From Myxococcota bacterium (GTDB lineage: Bacteria > Myxococcota_A > UBA796 > GCA-2862545), in assembly GCA_039208735.1 (NCBI GenBank), contig JBCCQY010000004.1:32001-96000 (forward strand): a stretch of DNA of 64,000 bases. Reading direction: 5' to 3'. The position numbers were made by a program, and so were the translations under genes. The notes below the pieces were generated by a model. It searched no databases, was not told where the DNA came from, and saw nothing but the letters and a program-made list of their open reading frames with translations. Below, in pieces: positions 20,646-28,478 of the stretch (within the stretch, counting starts at the first letter, position 1; every line of letters begins with the position of its first letter).

Positions 20646-22180
20646 CGGTCACCTCGTTGAAAAGAGAGGCCCGCCCGCACCTGAGCGGCGGGTTGAACGA
20701 CGGGATTGCGCGTTCCGTACACCGTGAGGCCTCCGCCGGCGAAGGCCAAGAGCCCCACCGGGCCGGTGAGCGACCACTCGGCCGTCCATCCTAGCAATCC
20801 CCTCCCCAACGGCACCGTGACGGTGCGCGCAGCCGTTTGGTCGCCATACCAGCGTCCCCAGTCGGGGTCGGCGGCTCGTGCGGCGGTCTGGCGGAGGAAC
20901 CCTGCGCCAAAATCCAGCGTGGGGCCTGTCCGCACGCGGTGGCCCCGCACGTCGAGGCCCCACTCCCCATGCACCAGGCCCCAGGTGTCGGTGCCCACCG
21001 CGCGGGTGATGCCAAGCCCCATCTGGCCCCCTTCGACCCCCAACGCGAGGCGATGGCCCCGGCCTGTCGACCGCCGCAGCGACGCGAAGGCGCCAAATCC
21101 ATCGGGCCGCCCTGGTGCGAAGCCAAGCCCCCCACTGGGCCCAACGGCAAACCGCGTGGGCTTAGGATCGAGGAGGCCGCCCTTCGTGCGAACGCCGGGG
21201 TGCGCATAGAGGCGACGGGCCGAGATGATGGCGTATCCTTTGTTCGGAACTACGACTTCGGTCATGGCGGCCCGGCGACCTCGCTCCAGACGGACCAACT
21301 GGTATCGCCCAGGATCGAGGGCCAGGGTTCGTCCGGCTCCGGCGGGGACTTCGGCGGCCACGGCCTTCGCATCGACATCGATCACGAGCACCGGCTTCTC
21401 CACCGGGCCGGTCACCGACAAGCCGCTGGGAGCGTCGACGAGATTGGCGAGCACCAATTCTCCGAGGGACCCCGCCCACCGGGGTCGTTGCACGACGCCA
21501 AGGCCGGCGGCGGTGCGCTCGGTCTGACGCTGGACAAACCCGTACAGTTCGTGAAGCGTGACCTGCCCGTCGCGGTTGTCGTCTGCCGCGCCACGGGCTC
21601 CCGAGACAAAGAAGTGAGTAAAGAGAGCTCCCCGGCGCTGCTCGACTTCGAACGCGAGTTCTTCGGCCCCCGTGCTCGCGATCCAGGCTTCATCGGCGGG
21701 AGGGTCATAGGCAGGGCTTTCGCCGGGAAGCGCGGGCGCATCGGAGACCGCGACCAGCGTAGCCCCTTTCGATCGGAGCATCGTGCCGGCCTGACAGGCG
21801 TCGACGATGAAGACCCGCCGGTCTGCGGGAACAACGCGCGCAGCCGTCTTGAGGGAAGGGATGGGGAGAACGTCTCCCGCGAGGTGGAGTCCCCGTGACG
21901 AAGCGTGGCCCGTGTAGTACACGACCAGCTCCGTCGTACGGCCCTCACGGCGCAAAGCCGAAGCACGGAGCACGGCCTCGCCAAGCGCATCGGTTACCGC
22001 ATCCACGTCCGCCTCGGGGACGCGAAAGAGGTGTTCCGAGGAGACGTCTCCCAAGGCCCGCAACACGTCGGCCACCCGGTCGCCGTCGTCGTCGGCGTAC
22101 CGCAGAGGCACATCGGTGGTCAGGCCCTCGTTGGCGGAAATCACCACCGCGAGCCGAACCAGGGCGGCGGGCAGGCTCAC
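20642..22180 (-). CDS. Caspase-like (C14) protease with PEGA-like domain and C-terminal beta-barrel-like region (ActC-like)
   Basis: RLAVV..N..PLRYA, YYTGHA (catalytic His), IVDAC (catalytic Cys), FTHFFVSGARGAAD.N.DGQVTL.ELY, then amphipathic beta strands. GTG start overlaps the upstream TGA. Confidence 0.88.
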   Translation of the reverse strand: MSLPAALVRLAVVISANEGLTTDVPLRYADDDGDRVADVLRALGDVSSEHLFRVPEADVDAVTDALGEAVLRASALRREGRTTELVVYYTGHASSRGLHLAGDVLPIPSLKTAARVVPADRRVFIVDACQAGTMLRSKGATLVAVSDAPALPGESPAYDPPADEAWIASTGAEELAFEVEQRRGALFTHFFVSGARGAADDNRDGQVTLHELYGFVQRQTERTAAGLGVVQRPRWAGSLGELVLANLVDAPSGLSVTGPVEKPVLVIDVDAKAVAAEVPAGAGRTLALDPGRYQLVRLERGRRAAMTEVVVPNKGYAIISARRLYAHPGVRTKGGLLDPKPTRFAVGPSGGLGFAPGRPDGFGAFASLRRSTGRGHRLALGVEGGQMGLGITRAVGTDTWGLVHGEWGLDVRGHRVRTGPTLDFGAGFLRQTAARAADPDWGRWYGDQTAARTVTVPLGRGLLGWTAEWSLTGPVGLLAFAGGGLTVYGTRNPVVQPAAQVRAGLSFQRGDR

Positions 22181-22815
22181 GGGCGCCTCGTAACCTCGAC
22201 GGCGAAGGACCGGCCGGGATCGAGGTCGGTGTGGCGTCGTCCGAGCAGGGCCTCCTCCGAGGAAGGTTGGTCGGTGAACTGGGCCATGAGCCACTCCTCG
22301 CCGTCGTAGTCGTCGAGGGCAATCGTCAGCTTGAAGCGTTCGCCAGGGTGGACCGGCCGGCCGACCATCAAGGCGGAGACCGAGCCGTCCTCCTGTCGGG
22401 TCCAGACGTCGAGGAACCCTTTTCCGGGGCTGCGAACCACGAGGTTGAGTCGTTCGGTGGCGTTGGCCACGTCGACCTGCAGGCTCCCCATGGGCAGGTA
22501 GCGATCCGGGGTGGGGGAGGGACGGGTCGCGAGGAAGACGAGGAACAACGACGCGGCCAGAGCGAGGGCAGAGGCCCATGGCCACGCACGCTGCACCCAA
22601 GAAGAAGAAGGGGGGTGTGGGCGCAGCGGCGTGGCATGAGCGTTGAAAAAGGCACGGGCATCCGCGAGTTCCTGGTCGGCCTCGGCCAGAGGGCCCGTGC
22701 GGGACGCTTCGACGCGGGCCCGGTCGAGGCCGTCGGAAATGGCGCCCAGCTCGAGCAGATCGAGGTCGATGTCATCCGGGGTGTCTCCCGGAAGAAGGCT
22801 CAGTTGTGGACTCAT
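22177..22815 (-). CDS. Membrane-anchored anti-sigma factor (ActD-like)
   Basis: Short cytoplasmic N-terminus, one TM (ALALAASLFLVFL) and a beta-rich periplasmic domain; ATGA overlap with the sigma gene. Confidence 0.75.
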   Translation of the reverse strand: MSPQLSLLPGDTPDDIDLDLLELGAISDGLDRARVEASRTGPLAEADQELADARAFFNAHATPLRPHPPSSSWVQRAWPWASALALAASLFLVFLATRPSPTPDRYLPMGSLQVDVANATERLNLVVRSPGKGFLDVWTRQEDGSVSALMVGRPVHPGERFKLTIALDDYDGEEWLMAQFTDQPSSEEALLGRRHTDLDPGRSFAVEVTRRP

Positions 22816-23306
22816 GCGGATTCCAGCTTGGTTCGGAGTCGGGATTCGAATTCGGAGCGGGCTCGGCCCACCGTACGGACGGAGATACCCAGGACTTCCG
22901 CAGCGCGTTGATTGGAAAGGCCCTGGAGCCAGGTGAGGAGCACGACCTCTCCCGTGCGTTCATCGACCTCGTTCAACACACGGTGCACCAGGTCGCGATC
23001 GGCATGGGCGCCCTCGGGATGGTGACCGGGTAGCCCTCGAAGGTAGTCGCCATGGGCCACCCGAATCCGCGCCCGATTGCGCCGATTGCGGAGCAGCCAC
23101 AGGCATCGACGCGTCGCGGTCTGGTAGAGCCAGGCCAACGCTTCGGGCAGGCTGCGAATCTCAAAGCCCACCTCGATGGCACGCATGAACGTCCATTGGG
23201 TCACGTCCAACGCCTCCTGGCGGTCGCCGATCATCTGGATGGAGCGGCGGAGAACCAAGGGCCCTGCGCGCTCGTACAGCTCGTCGATGGTGAGGTCAGG
23301 GGTCAT
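22812..23306 (-). CDS. ECF RNA polymerase sigma-70 factor
   Basis: Region 2 (ELYE..GP.V.RR..EALDVTQ.TF..AWLYQTATRRCL) and region 4 (GLSNQRAAEVLGISVRTVGR). Start is ATG 23306 or GTG 23309. Confidence 0.9.
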   Translation of the reverse strand: MTPDLTIDELYERAGPLVLRRSIQMIGDRQEALDVTQWTFMRAIEVGFEIRSLPEALAWLYQTATRRCLWLLRNRRNRARIRVAHGDYLRGLPGHHPEGAHADRDLVHRVLNEVDERTGEVVLLTWLQGLSNQRAAEVLGISVRTVGRARSEFESRLRTKLESA

Positions 23307-23313
23307 CACGGGT

Positions 23314-23343
23314 CTCAATGCACGGCGCGCCCAGAGTCGGACA
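23314..23343 (-). promoter_or_regulatory. Putative ECF-dependent promoter of the sigma operon (autoregulatory)
   Basis: TGTCCGACTCTGGGCGCGCCGTGCATTGAG, ending 4 nt before the GTG; matches the divergent copy. Confidence 0.7.
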
Positions 23344-23395
23344 CGATTCTCATCGGGACCTTCAACACTACCAAATTGAGAAATCCGACTCGGGT

Positions 23396-23425
23396 TGTCC
23401 GGCTTTTCGAAGCCCGCGCATTGAG
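23396..23425 (+). promoter_or_regulatory. Putative ECF-dependent promoter of the Asp-rich lipoprotein gene
   Basis: TGTCCGGCTTTTCGAAGCCCGCGCATTGAG; same TGTCCG-N16-GCATTGAG layout. Confidence 0.7.
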
Positions 23426-23456
23426 CATGTCGAACGAATGTAAAGGAGACCCGTTC

Positions 23457-24104
23457 ATGCGCCTGTCCACGATTCTTGCCGTGCTCGGTCTGTCCCTGGT
23501 CGCTTGTGAGGATGTCGAGTTGCCGCAGAACGAGCTGCCCGAAGGCGTCTCGCTGCGTGACACTGACAACGACGGCATTCCCGACCTCCAGGACGATGAC
23601 GACGACAACGACGGCATCTCGGATGACCTCGACGATGATGACGATGGCGATGGCATCGACGACGACGACGAGCAGGATGCCGACGGTGACGGCCTCGACG
23701 ACGACGACGACGCCGATGACGACAACGACGGCATCCCCGACGACGAAGATGAAGACGATGACGGCGACGGCATCGATGATGTAGATGAGCCGGATGCTGA
23801 TGGCGATGGCATCGACGATGACCACGACGGCGATGACGACAACGACGGCATCCCCGACGACGAAGACGACGACGATGATGGCGACGGCATCCTGGACGTC
23901 GATGAGCCCGACTCAGATGGCGATGGCATCGACGACGACCACGATGGCGACGATGACAACGATGGCATCAACGATGATGAAGACGATGACGACGACGGCG
24001 ACGGCATCCCCGATTCCGACGAAGGGGACGATGACGGCGATGATGATGATGACGACGACGACGACGACGACGATGACGATCGCGGCGGCTCTTCGGAGGG
24101 TTGA
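23457..24104 (+). CDS. Asp-rich lipoprotein with thrombospondin type 3-like Ca-binding repeats
   Basis: RBS AAAGGAG; lipobox MRLSTILAVLGLSLVAC; 12 x DxDxDGxxDxxDx units and a poly-Asp tail. Confidence 0.88.
   Translation: MRLSTILAVLGLSLVACEDVELPQNELPEGVSLRDTDNDGIPDLQDDDDDNDGISDDLDDDDDGDGIDDDDEQDADGDGLDDDDDADDDNDGIPDDEDEDDDGDGIDDVDEPDADGDGIDDDHDGDDDNDGIPDDEDDDDDGDGILDVDEPDSDGDGIDDDHDGDDDNDGINDDEDDDDDGDGIPDSDEGDDDGDDDDDDDDDDDDDDRGGSSEG
23559..24026 (+). repeat. Coding tandem repeat: 12 x 39 bp with 117-bp higher-order period
   Basis: Units DDDNDGIPDDEDx / DDDGDGIxDVDEP / DxDGDGIDDDHDG recur in triplets. Confidence 0.85.
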
Positions 24105-24164
24105 TCGCGTTTGGGGGCGTCCCGGCTCGGCGCGGTAAGAGGCTCCGTGGAGGATCTCGGTCCC

Positions 24165-25046
24165 GTGACGCGCAACGACGCCCCCGTGATGGGCATTGAC
24201 ATCGGTGGAAGTGGCGTCCGGGGGGCGATCGTGACCCCGGACGGCGAGGTGGGCGAGCTGACACGGGTGGCCTTGCAAAACCGCGAGGTCGAGACAGTGT
24301 TGGACGCCATTCGCGAAGTGGTGGGAGACCGACGGCCCCGTGCGATTGGCATCGGCATGCCTGGATTCGTGCGGGCCGCCACGGTCATCGCCTCACCGAA
24401 CTTCCCGAGTTGGCACGAAGTAGACCTGCAAGCCCTGGTTCAAACCCGCTGTGACACGCCCGCGATCGTCATGAATGACGCGAATGCGGCGACCTTCGGA
24501 GCGTACGAGCGGCTTGGCGATGGGCGAGACCTGCTCCTGCTCACCCTAGGCACCGGGGTGGGCGGAGGCGTCGTGAGTCAGCGACGGCTGATCACCGGCC
24601 GCCGAGGGACCGCGGCTGAAGTGGGTCACATCTTTGCCGGTGGGGATGCGCTCTGTGGATGTGGAGGCCGGGGATGCCTCGAGACCTGGTGTTCCACGCG
24701 GGGGCTTGCGCGACAGGCGGCGGAGTGTGGTCATCCCGTGCCCGACGGCCAAAGCGTGGTCGAAGCGGCCGACCGCGGAGAAGCGTGGGCCAAACAGGTG
24801 CTCCACGCGACTGGTGAGGCGCTGGGGCGGGGTCTAGCCTCGCTCACCAACGTGTTTGCGCCGGAGCACATCGTGCTCGCCGGAGGACTTGCGCAGGCCG
24901 AACGTTGGTTGCACGAGCCAGCGCACACGTATTGGCGAGCCCACGCGATTGGGGCAAATGTGGAGGGTGTAACTTGGCGATGGTGGGGAAGGGCTGATGA
25001 CCTTGCCATTCGCGGTTCAGCCTCTGCGGCCCGAGCGATAGGATGA
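24165..25046 (+). CDS. ROK-family sugar kinase (glucokinase-like)
   Basis: GIDIGGS, MNDANAA, LTLGTGVGGG and EVGH..CGCGGRGCLE. Start uncertain (24111-24189). Confidence 0.9.
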   Translation: MTRNDAPVMGIDIGGSGVRGAIVTPDGEVGELTRVALQNREVETVLDAIREVVGDRRPRAIGIGMPGFVRAATVIASPNFPSWHEVDLQALVQTRCDTPAIVMNDANAATFGAYERLGDGRDLLLLTLGTGVGGGVVSQRRLITGRRGTAAEVGHIFAGGDALCGCGGRGCLETWCSTRGLARQAAECGHPVPDGQSVVEAADRGEAWAKQVLHATGEALGRGLASLTNVFAPEHIVLAGGLAQAERWLHEPAHTYWRAHAIGANVEGVTWRWWGRADDLAIRGSASAARAIG

Positions 25047-26926
25047 CGCGCGTAGCTTTACTCTGGCACTTTCATCAACCGGACTACCGTGACCCTCAAA
25101 CGGGCATTCCGGTCATGCCCTGGACGCGCCTCCACGCGTTGCGTGGATATCGAGATCTGCTGGTCGAAGCTGTCGAATACGACGTGTCGATGACCATCAA
25201 CGTGGTGCCGTCGTTGCTCGACCAGCTGTTGCACTACGCAAACGGGGGAAGCGACACCCACCTCGACCTGACCCGACGCGACGCGGCTTCGTTGTCGCCT
25301 GAAGAAGCCGAGCAAGTGGTGCAGGCGCTACCGACCGGGAATCTCGCGATGACCGAGGCGTGGCCTGACTACGCTCGGCTGCGACGACGCCTTCGCCGAG
25401 GGGCTCCGTACTCGGTGCAAGATCTGCTCGACGTGCAGGTCTGGGGAACGCTGGCGTGGTTTGGGGCGACAGCTCGACGCGATTTCTTGGTGCTTCGCGA
25501 GTTGTCCGACAAGGGACAGGGATTTTCGGAGGCCGACAAGGCCGCCATGCTCGCGGTACAAGACACGATCGTGCGCGCGCTTCCAGACCGGCTCGGCATG
25601 GTCATGGCGGCTCGGGGACCTGCGCTGTCGACCTCGCCTTACTTCCACCCCATTCTGCCGCTGCTCGTCGACGTCCGCCATGCACGACGCAACTTGCCCC
25701 ACCTGCCCGACGACCTTCGCTTCGCCTACCCCGAAGATGCCCGTCGGCAGCTGACCATGGCCCGAGAGCGTCTCACCGAGCTGACCGGGGCTCCGCCAGC
25801 GGGGTTGTGGCCGTCGGAAGGTTCGGTGTCCCCCGAGGTTGTAGGGCTGGCCGGAGAAGTGGGTTTTCGCTGGCTCGTCACCGATCAGGGGGTCCTGGAA
25901 CGGTCGGAGCGTCAGGGGCATTCTGACCAGAAGGGCGGCTGGGATCTTGGCAATGGCATGACCGGGTTCTTTCGCAACACCCACCTCTCTGACGGGATCG
26001 GCTTTCGGTATGCCCACATGGACCCCCATGAGGCGGTGGCCCAGTTCCTCGCCGGCGTGCGAAACGAGGGGCCTGGGGTCGTCACGGTGGCTCTCGATGG
26101 CGAAAACCCATGGGAGACCTACACCGATGCGGGCCGCGCGTTCCGGGCTCGCCTCTATGAGGCTCTCGAGGGAGACATTCGCGCGGTGACGTTCGACGAG
26201 GCCCATGCGGAGCCCCCGGTCGGTACGGTGTCGCGCATCCACACCGGATCGTGGATCGGGGCCAACTTTCAGATCTGGATTGGTCATCCCACGGACCGTG
26301 AGGCTTTTGGGGCGTTGGCAGCGGCCCGCGACGCGGCCGAACAAGCCCCTGAAGCGTTGCGCGAAGCTGCGATGCAGCACCTGCTGCCCGCCGAGGGGTC
26401 GGACTGGAACTGGTGGTACGGCGACGAGTTCCACACCGAATACAACCCGGCGTTTGACGCGCTGTATCGAAGCCATTTGCGAGCCGCCTGGCGGGCGCTT
26501 GGCCAGGAGCCGCCCGAGTCGCTCGATCGGCCCCTGGGGCGTTCGGGGGCGCCCACGGACCGGTCTCCGCTGGGGTTCATCGACGTCACCTGGGACAACG
26601 CATTCTCTACGTTTGCGTGGCGGCGGTCGGGCGCGTTGCGGTCGTGGGGCGGCACGATGGCCCAAGGAGCTGCGGTGACCGAGCTTCGCTACGGGTGGAC
26701 CGTGGATGGAGCCCTCTGGGTGCGGGTGAGCGCGGGTCCCGATCTGCGGCTCTCCGCACCCGATGACCCCGAGGTGCGGGTGCAGGACGGGATCACGGTG
26801 GCTCGATTTGACGGCGGTGCACCCCGCCCCTTTCAATGGGCGGGTCCTGACGGCGTCAGGTGGCCGGCCGAGCCCATCACCCTGGCCCTTCCGGCGCACC
26901 CGACCCTTTCGTGGTGGGACGTGTAG
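25043..26926 (+). CDS. Glycoside hydrolase family 57 (amylopullulanase-like)
   Basis: WHFHQP, PYFHPILPLL, GLWPSEGSVS, ALDGENPWE and AEGSDWNWWYG. Confidence 0.93.
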   Translation: MTRVALLWHFHQPDYRDPQTGIPVMPWTRLHALRGYRDLLVEAVEYDVSMTINVVPSLLDQLLHYANGGSDTHLDLTRRDAASLSPEEAEQVVQALPTGNLAMTEAWPDYARLRRRLRRGAPYSVQDLLDVQVWGTLAWFGATARRDFLVLRELSDKGQGFSEADKAAMLAVQDTIVRALPDRLGMVMAARGPALSTSPYFHPILPLLVDVRHARRNLPHLPDDLRFAYPEDARRQLTMARERLTELTGAPPAGLWPSEGSVSPEVVGLAGEVGFRWLVTDQGVLERSERQGHSDQKGGWDLGNGMTGFFRNTHLSDGIGFRYAHMDPHEAVAQFLAGVRNEGPGVVTVALDGENPWETYTDAGRAFRARLYEALEGDIRAVTFDEAHAEPPVGTVSRIHTGSWIGANFQIWIGHPTDREAFGALAAARDAAEQAPEALREAAMQHLLPAEGSDWNWWYGDEFHTEYNPAFDALYRSHLRAAWRALGQEPPESLDRPLGRSGAPTDRSPLGFIDVTWDNAFSTFAWRRSGALRSWGGTMAQGAAVTELRYGWTVDGALWVRVSAGPDLRLSAPDDPEVRVQDGITVARFDGGAPRPFQWAGPDGVRWPAEPITLALPAHPTLSWWDV

Positions 26927-26934
26927 GAGGTCAA

Positions 26935-28059
26935 ATGGGGTGGCTGCTTTGGCTCGGGGCGTGTGCCACCGTGCCTCCCACGCCTGCCGCAGCGCCGCCC
27001 CCGGCTCCCGGCAGTCCCGCTGACGCACTAGATGCGTTCTATCAGAACTATTCCGTCACATTGCCCGAGGTTCCGCCGAGTCCGGCGTGGCCCGACGCGG
27101 TCGACACCCTGTTGTTCGCTTCGTGCTTGCAGCCCTACAAGCCAGCGCCCATTCTCGAGGCGATGCAGGCCACCAAGGCCGATCTGTTCGTGATGCTCGG
27201 CGACAATGTGTATGGCGACGCTCGCGGCGGCGACATGCGCCTACCTGAACTTCGGGAAGCGTACGCCACGCTCGCGGCCCACGAAGAGTTTGCGAACCTG
27301 GTCGGTGCCATCCCCGTCGTCGCCACGTGGGACGACCATGACTACGGCATGAACGACGCGGGAGCCTCGTTTTCGGCTCGCCGATTTGCCGAGCGCATCT
27401 TCGAGACCTTTTGGCGCGTGCCTAACGACGACCCGCGACGGCAGCGCGAAGGGGTCTACGGCGTGCAGACCTTCGGAGCCGAAGGCCGCCGGGTGCAGCT
27501 CGTGTTGCTCGACCTGCGTTCGTTCAAAGACAACTTCGACCCTTCCCCAACCCCCAACCAGCCGGGCACCGAACGCTACGTGCCGTCCGATGACGCCACG
27601 CGGACGTTGCTCGGCCCGACCCAATGGGCGTGGTTGGCCGAGACCCTGGCGGCCCCCGCCGATCTGCGCGTGGTGATTTCGTCGCTGCAGGTGCATGCAG
27701 ATGGACACGGCTACGAGCGTTGGGGACTGTTTCCGGCCGAGCGAGACCGCTTCTACGAGGCGCTGGCCGCGCGAGCCGGAGGCGAGGTGGTGTTGGTCAG
27801 CGGCGACCGTCATCGGGCGGGGATCTACGCTCGTCCCGACCTTGCGGGGGGCCCGTACCCCGAGCTGACCACGTCTTCGCTCAACCTGTCTTTCGGGGGG
27901 AACGAAGAGGCCGGACCGCACCGGTTGGGGCCTACGTTCGTCGATGAGAATTTCGGCACCATGACCATCGACTGGACGGGGCGCACGGTGGGATTGGCGG
28001 TTCACGATGCCAAAGGCAACGTGGTGCTCGACCATTCCGCGACCCTGGGCACTCCGTGA
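26935..28059 (+). CDS. phoD: Alkaline phosphatase D family lipoprotein
   Basis: FASC, LGDNVYGD, TWDDHDYG.ND, LLGPTQWAWL and SGDRH. RBS AGGAGG; signal MGWLLWLGAC. Confidence 0.88.
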   Translation: MGWLLWLGACATVPPTPAAAPPPAPGSPADALDAFYQNYSVTLPEVPPSPAWPDAVDTLLFASCLQPYKPAPILEAMQATKADLFVMLGDNVYGDARGGDMRLPELREAYATLAAHEEFANLVGAIPVVATWDDHDYGMNDAGASFSARRFAERIFETFWRVPNDDPRRQREGVYGVQTFGAEGRRVQLVLLDLRSFKDNFDPSPTPNQPGTERYVPSDDATRTLLGPTQWAWLAETLAAPADLRVVISSLQVHADGHGYERWGLFPAERDRFYEALAARAGGEVVLVSGDRHRAGIYARPDLAGGPYPELTTSSLNLSFGGNEEAGPHRLGPTFVDENFGTMTIDWTGRTVGLAVHDAKGNVVLDHSATLGTP

Positions 28060-28478
28060 GCGGACCCTCGACCGATGCGTTCACCCATCGGCAGATCATT
28101 GCGCTTTCGCAGGTCGATGCAGCAGGGATCCTGTACTTTGCTCGGTTGTTCGAGATTTGCCACCTCGCCTTCGAGCATTGGTTGATCGACGAGGGCCTTC
28201 CGCTCCTGGCGGGCTTGGGCGAAAGTGATGAGCTGATGCCCATCGTGCATGCCGAGGCGGACTATCGGTCCCCGTTGCGACTCGGCCATGTGATCGACGT
28301 TGCGGTTCAGGTGGAAGCCACCGGCCAATCCTCGATCACCTTTGGATTTCGCGTGACCACCCAGGGGCGACTTGCTGCGGTGGCGCGTCACGTTCATGTG
28401 GCCATCGACAAGGCGGACTTCCGATCGCGTCCCTTGCCCGACGCCATCTTGGGCCTTGCCAAGGGAGAACAGCCGTGA
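28056..28478 (+). CDS. Acyl-CoA thioesterase (hot-dog fold, 4HBT/DHNA-CoA-like)
   Basis: VDAAGILYFAR..EICH.AFE and PIVHAEADYRSPLRLG. Confidence 0.88.
   Translation: MSGPSTDAFTHRQIIALSQVDAAGILYFARLFEICHLAFEHWLIDEGLPLLAGLGESDELMPIVHAEADYRSPLRLGHVIDVAVQVEATGQSSITFGFRVTTQGRLAAVARHVHVAIDKADFRSRPLPDAILGLAKGEQP

Noticed and set aside
20642..23306. Caspase plus sigma factor as a type III-E CRISPR (Craspase) or abortive-infection module
   Set aside because: There are no cas genes, array, TPR-CHAT, gasdermin or nucleotide-sensor genes; the architecture points to envelope signalling.
22812..23825. 337-aa version of the sigma factor with a long hydrophobic N-terminus
   Set aside because: The extension is antisense to the Asp repeats; sigma homology and the promoter place the start at 23306/23309.
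23559..24080. Regularly spaced repeats considered as a CRISPR array
   Set aside because: They are in-frame coding repeats with synonymous variation, no unique spacers and no cas genes.
23315..24388. 357-aa poly-Ser ORF on the minus strand, and Thr/Met- or Val/Ile-rich ORFs in other frames
   Set aside because: These are shadows of the GAC/GAT repeats of the Asp-rich lipoprotein, which has the RBS and lipobox.
25328..27028. Long antisense ORFs (also 39592-41055, 46882-48528, 8204-9115, 4369-5427)
   Set aside because: They lie opposite well-supported genes in high-GC DNA and have no recognisable motifs.
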